Positions 1 to 10,154 of a stretch of 53,586 nt of DNA are shown piece after piece. The notes under the pieces are model-generated. The model saw only the letters and a list, made by a program, of their open reading frames with translations, was not told the origin of the DNA and searched no databases. Both the position numbers and the translations under genes were made by a program. The stretch lies in NCBI GenBank assembly GCA_019058015.1, contig JAHLWH010000033.1, positions 1-53,586 of the forward strand. Reading direction: 5' to 3'. This DNA comes from Promethearchaeota archaeon (lineage in GTDB: Archaea > Asgardarchaeota > Lokiarchaeia > Sigyniarchaeales > SOKP01). Numbering within the stretch: position 1 is the stretch's first letter; the number at the start of each line of letters is the position of its first letter.

Positions 1-267
1 CTGCTGAATACTAATTAGATTTTGCAAACATGTCCAAAATTAACAATTTAAATAAAATGCTTACCAGAAAGTTAAAAATTAGCGGAATGAAAAAAATGAA
101 AGAATTAGGGGAGATAATGGCCCTTTTGAGTTGAGAAGCAAATTTTACCGTATAATAATATAAATAAATTTCTTTTTTTTTATTTTTATAAGAGACATTC
201 AATATCAAAACAACACCAAATTTACATCCGCTTTAGAAGATAATCTAATTCCAGAGGGGAGTTCTTG

Positions 268-381
268 ATGTATAAGATTTTACAAGAATTTCCAGGTTTT
301 GGACATGGAAGTTTATTAGTTGAAGATGCGGAAAAAATTAATGATTTAATTTGGAATTTCATAAAAGAACATCTTGAATAA
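268..381 (+). pseudogene. C-terminal remnant of an alpha/beta hydrolase paralog
   Basis: Translates MYKILQEFPGFGHGSLLVEDAEKINDLIWNFIKEHLE*, which aligns with the end of the next gene (LEVFNGLGHAFTIEDSEKVNNMMWNFIKEHLN*), including the catalytic GH. Confidence 0.75.
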
Positions 382-483
382 GAAAAAATTAATGCAAATA
401 TATTTATTCGAGTAAAACAACAATAGAGTTCATAAAAAAATCTATTATTTAATTTTTAAAATTGAAAATTATGGTGGTAAAAT

Positions 484-1308
484 ATTCCTATATTTAAATC
501 CGATGATATTGAAATTAATTATATTAAAGAAGGTATTGGTGAAACTCTTGTATTAGTTCATGGTTTTGGCACAAAACTGGGTGGATGGAACTTCCAGATA
601 CAATTTTTTAAACAAAAAATGAAGGTTATTGCTTTAGATAATCGCGGTGTCGGGAAAAGTTCTAGACCAAATTATCCTTATACGATGGATATTTTTGTTG
701 AAGATCTTAAAAATTTATTAGATTACTTGAATATTCAAGAAAAGATTCATCTATGTGGCATCAGTATGGGAGGAATGATTGTTCAGAACTTCGCTTTAAA
801 GTATCCAGATATGGTTAAAACCTTAATATTATGCGCAACTTCTGCTTATATCGAACCAAATGTAATAAATGAATTTGTAAGTCAAATCAAACTTTTAGAA
901 AGAATAGATTTAGAAAAAAGAGTTTTACAAATTGTTCCCATTTTATTTTCAAGATCTTTTAGAAAAAAATTAAAAGAAGATATCAATTTGTTTGATGCTT
1001 TAAAAAACGATACTATTTTTATCACACCAATCGTAGATCCAACTCGTAGTCAAGATTACAGTAATTATGGAACTGCTATGCTCGGTCACGATACACGTGA
1101 TTCTTTAAATATAATTAAACAACCTACATTAATTATGGTTGGAACTAAAGATCGAATAGTTCCACTAATGAATTCAGAATTCATGCACCAAATAATTCCT
1201 AACTCAAGGTTAGAAGTGTTTAATGGTCTTGGACACGCCTTTACAATTGAAGATTCAGAAAAAGTAAATAATATGATGTGGAATTTCATAAAAGAGCATC
1301 TTAATTAA
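484..1308 (+). CDS. Alpha/beta fold hydrolase (esterase/lactonase-like); probable non-canonical ATT start at 484
   Basis: Nucleophile elbow GISMGG, DNRGVGKS and C-terminal GH. The frame is open from 481 and contains the oxyanion motif LVHGFG upstream of the ATG at 619. Confidence 0.85.
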   Translation: MPIFKSDDIEINYIKEGIGETLVLVHGFGTKLGGWNFQIQFFKQKMKVIALDNRGVGKSSRPNYPYTMDIFVEDLKNLLDYLNIQEKIHLCGISMGGMIVQNFALKYPDMVKTLILCATSAYIEPNVINEFVSQIKLLERIDLEKRVLQIVPILFSRSFRKKLKEDINLFDALKNDTIFITPIVDPTRSQDYSNYGTAMLGHDTRDSLNIIKQPTLIMVGTKDRIVPLMNSEFMHQIIPNSRLEVFNGLGHAFTIEDSEKVNNMMWNFIKEHLN

Positions 1309-1376
1309 TTTTAAAATCATTTTACGTGAATTTGTTTACTTTCCCTAAAATTATAGAAGAAAATGTATATTAGAGA

Positions 1377-2030
1377 TTATTCTTCTAATTTTTTACCAAC
1401 AATAAATATTTCTGCGAGATATTGTTTTAGTTGAGGATATGTATTTGAGTTAATTGAACCGAAAGCCTTAAAAGCATTAGTATCAAATAATTTATCCATA
1501 TCACTAGTAGGTAATGGTTTCAAAAAATAGGATCCTGAATCCACAAATTTCAAAATATTTTTTGTTATATCTTCAAGTCTGGGAAGATTATACAAATATT
1601 TATGCCCTACTTTAATGTCTGCCTCTGATAACTCCAATATTTTGCCCATTCCGAGAATTTCTCCCAATACTCGATTAAGACTACGCGCATTAGGGCATGT
1701 AATAAAAGCTAAACCATCTTTCTCTAAATAATTATTAATCTTTTTGACAATTTTTAATCCATCTTCTCGTTTAAAATGTTCCAAAACAGCTGAACAAACA
1801 ATTAAATCAAATTTTTCAGCAGTATCAAATTCTAATATGTCAGCTTTTATGTATTTTATATTAGAACTTATTTTTTGAGGGTTCAAATCTAAAACTGTTA
1901 ATTCTTCGGAAATTTTAGATGTATATTTACCATTTTTCCCCCCAATATCTAGAACTTTTTTAAAATTCTCCTTTTTACCGTATTCCTGAATCTTTTTTAT
2001 CATTAGATTATTTAAAAAGTCTTCTAACAT
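1377..2030 (-). CDS. Class I SAM-dependent methyltransferase
   Basis: VLDIGGKNG motif I and FDLIVCSAVLEH motif. Confidence 0.85.
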   Translation of the reverse strand: MLEDFLNNLMIKKIQEYGKKENFKKVLDIGGKNGKYTSKISEELTVLDLNPQKISSNIKYIKADILEFDTAEKFDLIVCSAVLEHFKREDGLKIVKKINNYLEKDGLAFITCPNARSLNRVLGEILGMGKILELSEADIKVGHKYLYNLPRLEDITKNILKFVDSGSYFLKPLPTSDMDKLFDTNAFKAFGSINSNTYPQLKQYLAEIFIVGKKLEE

Positions 2031-2108
2031 GAGCTTGCGTTAATTCTTTTTTTATATATTATCTTAATCTAGGAGTTAATAAAAGTAAAGAAAAAAAAAT
2101 AAGTTTAT

Positions 2109-2393
2109 TTAATCAATATCTAAATCTCCAAAATAATATCTTTTTCTAATAGGTTTTTTTACCTTCCAGACGCATTTTAATCCTTTTTTGAATTGAACTA
2201 TATCACCCTTCTCAAAAGATATTTTTGAACCATCTTCACCAGTAACCTCCACCTCACCATCTAAAACATAACAAGTTTCTGTATCATCATAATACCAATC
2301 AAACTCTGAGACTTCTTTGGACCATGTTCCCCAAGAATCTACATTTAATTTTTTTAATTCATCTTCAGTTGCTTTCTTTTTTTTCATTGACAT
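2109..2393 (-). CDS. Small cupin (DUF861/EutQ-like)
   Basis: W..W....FDWYYDDTETCYVLDGEV..GDIV.F..G..C.W pattern. Confidence 0.85.
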   Translation of the reverse strand: MSMKKKKATEDELKKLNVDSWGTWSKEVSEFDWYYDDTETCYVLDGEVEVTGEDGSKISFEKGDIVQFKKGLKCVWKVKKPIRKRYYFGDLDID

Positions 2394-2483
2394 AACATAT
2401 CATCTTTCAATATAATTTATACAAATAAAATATATACTTTTAAATTTTTAAATAATCAAACTATAATTTAGTAAAAAAACAAA

Positions 2484-4226
2484 TTGAGAGTAGAAATGAG
2501 TGAAAAAAGTGAAAATAGTAAAACTCCTAAAACCGGTGGAGATTTATTGATTGAATGTCTTCTTCAGGAAAATGTGAAATATTTGTTTGGAATACCCGGT
2601 GGGCAACTTTTGCCTATGTATGATGCAGTATTTAGATGGGGTAAGGAGAAAGGAATTCATACAATACTTGTAAGACATGAACAAGCAGCAGCTCATGCAG
2701 CAGATGCGTATGCACGTGTTACTGGAGAATTGTGTGTATGTTTTGGGACTGTAGGACCGGGTGTAACCGATATGGTTCCTGGTGTCGGAGCTGCTTGGTC
2801 TGATAATATACCTCTTCTAGTAATTGGTGCTCAAGTAAAACGAGAATTAGACGGTAAATCTACACTTCAGGGCGATGTTGATCAAATAACCTTAATGAAA
2901 CCTATTACCAAAGCTCAATTAAGAATTCAAAATCCTTTAGAAATTCCTAAGATCATTCCTAGAGCGATAAGAATTGCGTTTTCAGGTCAAATGGGACCTG
3001 TTTATGTGGATATTCGTGAAGAAGCTTTTTATGGGCAAGTTCCTTCAGATGCAAAATATGAGATATTATCCCCCGATAAATATCGACCTCAATTAGGTGT
3101 TGCTGGTGATTCTAAAGCAATAGAGGAGGCTATAAAACTTATAAAAAATGCAAAAAAGCCTTTAATAATTTGTGGAGGAGAAGTTAATAGTTATAATGCG
3201 TCAGAAGAATTAAAAAAATTGTCAGAAAAGTATGCAATTCCTACGGCTACATCTGGTACGGGTATTGGGGGAATTTCAAGTGATTCTCCAACTCATTTAG
3301 GTGCTGGTGCAATTTCTGATGCTGTTATGAATGCTGCAAATAATGCGGATGTTGTAATTTCAGTTGGATGTAAATGGGATTATACAATGGGGTTAGGACT
3401 TCCACCATTATGGCCTAAAGATCAAAAATTAATACAGATAAATATTGATCCTTGCGAAATTGGAAAAAATAGACCCGTAGATGTTAGTATTGTAGGAAAC
3501 TGTAAGACTATACTAACTCAATTACTTGAAAAATTAGAAGGAGAAATACCAGAAAATTATTTTTCGCAGTGGAATATTGAACAACAGGAACAAAAAGAAA
3601 ATGCATTAAAAAGAAGATTAAAAAAATTTAATTCAGAAAACGTTCCTATACTTCCCGAGAGGTTTATCAAGGAAACGCTTGAATTTTTTCCATCAAATTC
3701 AATTATTATCATGGATAGTGGGAATACTTCATTTTATGCGGCAGAAAAAATGGATTTATATAAACCACGCCCTCCAAGAAGTACGTTAGCTTCAGTTGGT
3801 ATGGGACATCTTGGTGCTGGTATCGGCTTTGCGCTGGGTGCTAAGTTGGCTTATCCAGATAGGCAGACTGTAGTTATACAAGGTGATGGAAGCTTTTTAT
3901 TTAATGTTCAAGAGCTTGAAACTGCAATACGATATAATTTACCCTTTATTGTAGTTATTGCTAACGATAGCGCTTGGGGTATGATTAAGTCTGGACAATC
4001 AATGTTTTCAGGAAAACGATATTTTAATGTAGATATCCCAAATATAGATTATGCAGCAATTGCTAAGGGATTCGGTTGTTACGCTGAAACCGTTGAAAAA
4101 CCAGAAGAGATTAAACCTGCCTTACAGAGGGCTGTCAATTCGGGAAAAACTTCCGTCATAAATGTAATAATTAAATGGGACACACCAAAAGCTACGAAAA
4201 CATTGTTTAATTTAGGAATAATTTAA
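2484..4226 (+). CDS. Thiamine-diphosphate-dependent enzyme, acetolactate synthase / 2-hydroxyacyl-CoA lyase family
   Basis: FGIPGG, RHEQAAAHAADAYAR, GPG and the ThDP motif GDGSF...ND. The real start may be the ATG at 2496. Confidence 0.9.
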   Translation: MRVEMSEKSENSKTPKTGGDLLIECLLQENVKYLFGIPGGQLLPMYDAVFRWGKEKGIHTILVRHEQAAAHAADAYARVTGELCVCFGTVGPGVTDMVPGVGAAWSDNIPLLVIGAQVKRELDGKSTLQGDVDQITLMKPITKAQLRIQNPLEIPKIIPRAIRIAFSGQMGPVYVDIREEAFYGQVPSDAKYEILSPDKYRPQLGVAGDSKAIEEAIKLIKNAKKPLIICGGEVNSYNASEELKKLSEKYAIPTATSGTGIGGISSDSPTHLGAGAISDAVMNAANNADVVISVGCKWDYTMGLGLPPLWPKDQKLIQINIDPCEIGKNRPVDVSIVGNCKTILTQLLEKLEGEIPENYFSQWNIEQQEQKENALKRRLKKFNSENVPILPERFIKETLEFFPSNSIIIMDSGNTSFYAAEKMDLYKPRPPRSTLASVGMGHLGAGIGFALGAKLAYPDRQTVVIQGDGSFLFNVQELETAIRYNLPFIVVIANDSAWGMIKSGQSMFSGKRYFNVDIPNIDYAAIAKGFGCYAETVEKPEEIKPALQRAVNSGKTSVINVIIKWDTPKATKTLFNLGII

Positions 4227-4246
4227 TTCAAAGAAAAAAAAAGGGG

Positions 4247-4297
4247 TTTAAATATCAACTTCTAGAGATTGCAATAGGTTTATTTAATTTAACCTAT
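4247..4297 (+). promoter_or_regulatory. TATA box plus a downstream inverted repeat ahead of the micro-ORF
   Basis: TTTAAATA at 4247-4254 after a purine-rich BRE-like tract; ATAGGTT(4274-4280)-N10-AACCTAT(4291-4297). Confidence 0.45.
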
Positions 4298-4418
4298 GGG
4301 GTTTAGAATGAATAAGAAAAGCATTATTGCATTAGCAATTTTATTAGCGGTTGCATATGGAATCAATATGTCCATGGCAGGAGTAGCGATTCCCGGCTGT
4401 GCTGATGGGGTTCCGTAA
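4296..4418 (+). CDS. Unannotated micro-protein (40 aa, or 36 aa from ATG 4308) with a signal-peptide-like N-terminus
   Basis: (MGFR)MNKKSIIALAILLAVAYGINMSMAGVAIPGCADGVP*. GC-enriched relative to its flanks, with a TATA box upstream and a T-tract downstream. Confidence 0.7.
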   Translation: MGFRMNKKSIIALAILLAVAYGINMSMAGVAIPGCADGVP

Positions 4419-4438
4419 GTAATTAAAGCTAATAAACA

Positions 4439-4459
4439 TTTTTTTTCTTTTTTTTTTTT
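4439..4459 (+). terminator. Oligo-T archaeal terminator
   Basis: About 20 nt near-pure T tract starting 20 nt after the micro-ORF stop. Confidence 0.55.
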
Positions 4460-4539
4460 GAGAGGTTAAATGACTAATAATTTTTCAAAAAAACTTTTTA
4501 ATCTGTAATTCACAAAGAATTTTGGACATCTTTTATTGA

Positions 4540-5862
<1,323 letters not shown>

Positions 5863-5983
5863 ATTTTATTTTGTTCTAATTCATAAAATTAACTTCCCAA
5901 TAACAATATTTTATTTAAATGCGTTTTACGAATTAATATATTAAAATTAATTAAAAACAAATTCTGTCTATTATGGAAAAATA

Positions 5984-7057
5984 ATGAGATTAGGTCAAAA
6001 AGAAAAACTGTTTTTAGATTTAATGAGAAATTTTATCGAAGCAATAAATGGAATAGAGGCTATTTGGATGTATGATCGAGAAGGTCTTTTGATTAGCAAG
6101 TATGCTCGAGCAGAATTATCTAAAGATGGATTAAATGAATATGAAAGAGAAGAAATTTATGGCGCTTTTGCTAGTATATTCGATCCTTTATTAAAAAAAA
6201 TTAATTCTGAATATAAAATTGGAGAATTGGGTTCAATCACATTTGAAACTCTAGATCATCACATAATTTTTCTAGAAGCAGGTCCAAAAGCTATAGTTCT
6301 CATCATAACAGTGTATGATTTGGAAATAAGTTCAATCTTACCATATTGTTATTTATTTGTTGAAAAAGTTGTTCAGATAATAGAAGAGAGTTTTGATTTA
6401 AAATATAACACAGTGATGATACCAAAATTAATAATTGGTAATTCCTTTGATAATACTTTAAAAAGTTCCTTTGTAAAAACGGAAAATAATGAGATACTTA
6501 TAGGGAGAAAAAAAGAAGTTAACTTTTTTAAGCTTATTATTATCGGGGATGCTGCAGTTGGAAAGACGAGTATGATTTCTCGTTTTGTAAAAGGGAAGTT
6601 TTCAACAGATTATAGACCCACTTTAGGGATCTCCATAACAACTATGCGATTTAATATTCAAGGTTTTGAAGATTCTGTAGTGCGTTTTTTAATTTTTGAT
6701 TTAGCTGGGCAAGAATTTTTCAAGCGTGTTAGACATATGTATTATTCAGGAGCACAAGCAGTTTTTGTAGTATATGATATAACAAGAAGAGAAACATTTA
6801 AGGGAGCAGACTTTTGGTTTGAAGATGCTAAAAAGGAATTGGGAGATATACCTTTTGTATTAATTGGAAATAAAATCGACTTAGAAAATGAAAGACAAAT
6901 ATCAACCGAAGAAGGAATGGAAAAAGCGAAGAATTTTAGATGCACATTCGTGGAGACTTCTGTAAAGACTAATGTAAATGTTGAAGATACATTTAAAATT
7001 TTAGGAATTGGAATGTTTTTTAGAAAAATTGATGATTTAGATGTTCCTGAATCTTAA
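5984..7057 (+). CDS. Roadblock-like domain fused to a Rab-like small GTPase
   Basis: G1 GDAAVGKT, G2 PTLG, G3 DLAGQE, G4 NKID, G5 ETSVK; Rab-like YYSGA and VYDIT. N-terminal helix-IEAIWMYDREGLLI pattern typical of roadblock/LC7. Confidence 0.85.
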   Translation: MRLGQKEKLFLDLMRNFIEAINGIEAIWMYDREGLLISKYARAELSKDGLNEYEREEIYGAFASIFDPLLKKINSEYKIGELGSITFETLDHHIIFLEAGPKAIVLIITVYDLEISSILPYCYLFVEKVVQIIEESFDLKYNTVMIPKLIIGNSFDNTLKSSFVKTENNEILIGRKKEVNFFKLIIIGDAAVGKTSMISRFVKGKFSTDYRPTLGISITTMRFNIQGFEDSVVRFLIFDLAGQEFFKRVRHMYYSGAQAVFVVYDITRRETFKGADFWFEDAKKELGDIPFVLIGNKIDLENERQISTEEGMEKAKNFRCTFVETSVKTNVNVEDTFKILGIGMFFRKIDDLDVPES

Positions 7058-7107
7058 TTGTTACAATTCTTAATTATATCGGTAAAATCTATATGTGTTA
7101 ATATAAT

Positions 7108-7512
7108 TTGAATTTAGAAGAAAAAAAAATCTATCTTGTTTTATCGCCTTATATTAATTATTATCATTCTTATAGAGGTGATATGAATGGTCCATCAGGT
7201 TTCGGTCTTGATATCGCGTTTATGGAAAAGATTCTTGACCAATTAGATGCAATAGAAGATAGAGGGCTTTGTGGTGGAATTACAAGAATTACTTGGGATT
7301 ATGCTGATACTTTTTGGTCGATTCAGCTTCAACGTGAATATCAACAACATATATTGGATAGAGTTATTGAACGATGTAAAAAAGGTAAAGATGAAGTATT
7401 AATAGGCTCTTGGAGTAATATAGCTCAACCAATTCTTGATACTGAGGAATTTCAACAACAGCATAAATTATTGTTGAACCGCAAAAAAAATAACAAAATA
7501 AAAAAGAAATGA
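7108..7512 (+). pseudogene. Truncated N-terminal fragment of a probable GH38/GH57-like glycoside hydrolase
   Basis: IYLVL..YINYYHSYRGD start and ERCKKGKDEVLIGSW..QPIL...EF pattern resemble the barrel N-terminus; ends abruptly in an A-rich, Lys-rich tail. Confidence 0.45.
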
Positions 7513-7526
7513 AATTTTAATTTAAA

Positions 7527-8849
7527 TTATTCTTTAACTAAAGTCTCCTTAACTTTAAGAAAGAGTGGAATAGACCCTATAAAGAAAATTGGTGCGAAAA
7601 TAAAAACAAAAGATTCTGGGACAAATCCTGTGATTATGAAAAAAGTTGCTACTAATCCTCCAACGAAAGCCCCTATTACTTGTGATATCGTATAAACTAT
7701 ATTAAATATTCCAAAGAACTTTCCTCTTTGATCTTTAGGTAATAAATCTTGAGACCATGTATCCATTGGTGTTACAATTCCTAAAACACCTATTAGAATA
7801 AATGGAAGTAGAACTATAAATAAAATATAATTTACATCTGTTCCAATCTTTACAAATGGTACTAAGCAATAACCTATACATGTAATTATGATTGAAATTG
7901 GTATATATTTTCTACGTCCATATTTATCAGCAAGTTTTCCTAAGAATGCAGTTATTATAAACAAAATAGGAAATCCTAATGCAACTCCAAGAAGTAACTC
8001 TATTGTTGATAAGTTCAATGCAAAAATCCAAATAAACAAGAAAGGCATTACCGTTGAAATTCCTGATCTAAAGATAGTAATGGCAAGAATTATTTTAAAA
8101 AGCTCTTTATTAGATTTAAGTTGTTCTATATTCACTATTTCTTTAAGTTCAACAAAAAATTTCTTTTTTGGAGGTAATTCTGAAACAGTTTTTTCTTTTA
8201 TAAAAAGAAAGACTATCAGACCAGCAATTATAATACTAACTCCTCCTATTGAAAGAACAAATAAATGCCCTTCTTGTCCTATAACTGTTTCTCCAGCCAC
8301 TTCTTGCCCAAATATAAGATCTGCGATTAAAAAAGCTGCAATAGCAATCAATAAACCTAAATATCCAATTATGTTTATTCTCCCATTCGCTCTTCCTCTA
8401 AGTTCTAACTCTACTGTATCGGGGATTAATGATCTTTCAGAGACGTAATAAGCATTTGAAGCAATACCAATAATCACCACATCCAATATAATACAAATAG
8501 TATAAGCAACCATGACATCTCCTCCACCAAGATCTAAAGAAAAGGCAAATGTAATCATTGAAATTCCTACAATAATTCCAAATAGTAAATATGGTCTTCG
8601 CCTACCAAATTTTGAACGTGTGTTATCACTAATTATTCCCCATGTAAGGTTCATTATAAGTCCACAAATCGCTGATAAAATAACCATTACCGATATAAAA
8701 AGTGGAGCTAAATTCAAAACTTGATCTAAATATGTATTTAAATAATTCTGTTCGAAGAAACCAAATATCTGATCGCCAGCGAAAAGTATTCCGATTATAA
8801 GAACTTGCCTGCGTAAAAATTTATTAAATACTTTTTCCTTTTTTTCCAT
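7527..8849 (-). CDS. MFS transporter (glycoside/sugar, GPH-like)
   Basis: About 12 hydrophobic segments; GIISDNTRSKFGRRRPY and GKLADKYGRR motifs. Confidence 0.9.
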   Translation of the reverse strand: MEKKEKVFNKFLRRQVLIIGILFAGDQIFGFFEQNYLNTYLDQVLNLAPLFISVMVILSAICGLIMNLTWGIISDNTRSKFGRRRPYLLFGIIVGISMITFAFSLDLGGGDVMVAYTICIILDVVIIGIASNAYYVSERSLIPDTVELELRGRANGRINIIGYLGLLIAIAAFLIADLIFGQEVAGETVIGQEGHLFVLSIGGVSIIIAGLIVFLFIKEKTVSELPPKKKFFVELKEIVNIEQLKSNKELFKIILAITIFRSGISTVMPFLFIWIFALNLSTIELLLGVALGFPILFIITAFLGKLADKYGRRKYIPISIIITCIGYCLVPFVKIGTDVNYILFIVLLPFILIGVLGIVTPMDTWSQDLLPKDQRGKFFGIFNIVYTISQVIGAFVGGLVATFFIITGFVPESFVFIFAPIFFIGSIPLFLKVKETLVKE

Positions 8850-8948
8850 TTTAAATTCTCCTAAAATTAATTAAAAAACTTTTTTGATTGTAATTTTGTT
8901 TTTATTCTTTAAAAGAATATATAAATAAAAAAATTGAATTTTATTTGA

Positions 8949-9953
8949 CTATAACACAAACTTTTCAAATTTTATTTTTTCAGATAGTTCTCTCACATCT
9001 TTTTTAGAGAATAATCCTGCCCCAGACATTAAGGTATTTGCAGCTCCGCACGCCATTCCCCATTTAAAACATTGTTCAAGATCATTTCCTAAATAGTATC
9101 CGACAATAAAACCACCTAACAGAGAATCGCCTGAACCAACTGTATTTATAGGATTGTCCACATCAATTTTTCCATATAGACATATATCTTGTAAAGCAGA
9201 AACACAAATTGCACCCCAACGATTTAAAGTAGTAATAACTATTTCTGTTTCATTAGATAATAATTCTCTTGATTTTTTTGCAATGTTTTCAATATTTTCA
9301 TTAGGATTTTTTATATATTTTTGAATTTCTGGCGAATCTGGAAAAAGAGTCACTAATTCTTCTAAATTTGGTTTTAGTAGCCATGGTCTTGACTTGTATC
9401 CTTCAATTAATTCAAGTCCGCTAGTATCTAATGCACATCTTGCTCCTTTTTTCTTACATATTTTTATCATATCAAAATAAATATAATTAGGGACTCCAGG
9501 AGGGATAGAACCACAAAAAGCAACAATATCATCCCGATTAACAGTATCAGTAATTAAATCCATAAAAGCATCTAATTCAGATTTATTCATAGTAAATCCT
9601 TTTTCTCTTATATGGGTAGTCGAATGAGTTCTAGGGTCAATTATCGTCTTATTAGATCTTGTATGACCATCTATTGGATTGAATTGAAAGGAAATTTGTT
9701 TTGAATCTAAAAATGAATTGTATATTGGAATATCTTCTTTCCCTATACAAGCTAAAACTTTAATTTCAATATCTTTTTCTCGGATTAGAGCTTTACTTAA
9801 CGTATTAGCGCTTAATGCGAAAGAAATTGCTTTTCCTAGTGGGAATTTCTGACTTCTTAAAGCTTTGAATGTTCTCCCAATTCTAAAACCGCTAACTTCG
9901 ATTACCTCATCAATAGTGGGATTCAATAAAACTCCAATAATTTTTTGATCCAT
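8949..9953 (-). CDS. PfkB-family hexose kinase (1-phosphofructokinase-like)
   Basis: LNPTID, GSIPPG, LDTSG, LKPNLEEL, NTVGSGDS. Confidence 0.9.
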   Translation of the reverse strand: MDQKIIGVLLNPTIDEVIEVSGFRIGRTFKALRSQKFPLGKAISFALSANTLSKALIREKDIEIKVLACIGKEDIPIYNSFLDSKQISFQFNPIDGHTRSNKTIIDPRTHSTTHIREKGFTMNKSELDAFMDLITDTVNRDDIVAFCGSIPPGVPNYIYFDMIKICKKKGARCALDTSGLELIEGYKSRPWLLKPNLEELVTLFPDSPEIQKYIKNPNENIENIAKKSRELLSNETEIVITTLNRWGAICVSALQDICLYGKIDVDNPINTVGSGDSLLGGFIVGYYLGNDLEQCFKWGMACGAANTLMSGAGLFSKKDVRELSEKIKFEKFVL

Positions 9954-10154
9954 TTTTTTAACTCATATTCCTAATTTTTCTAATTTTATTTCGATTTCTA
10001 AGAATTTAAACGTTTTTATTACTAATCATTCACAAATTTTGAATAAGTAGAAATTATATTTTATTTTAGTGTATGAATATTTTAAAAAGATTAAATATTG
10101 TTAATTAAAAATTATTTAAAATACAATTTATGTTCAATGAATTCCGTTTAACTG

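Noticed and set aside
11-208. 65-aa minus-strand ORF at the window start
   Set aside because: Low-complexity AT-rich translation with no recognizable motif; cannot be supported.
187-277. TATAAGAGACA and GATGTATAAG resembling a Tn5/Nextera end or an IS terminal repeat
   Set aside because: Only short partial matches, with no partner repeat, target duplication or transposase seen.
4380-4418. Peptide GVAIPGCADGVP as a lasso core (Gly1, Asp9) or as an IPG-type sortase signal
   Set aside because: The 3-residue tail is too short to thread, the leader has no penultimate Thr, and no cyclase is nearby; no TM plus basic tail follows IPG.
7510-7512. TGA stop as possible selenocysteine (also at 21482 and 50037)
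   Set aside because: No plausible downstream continuation, redox motif or SECIS-like element.
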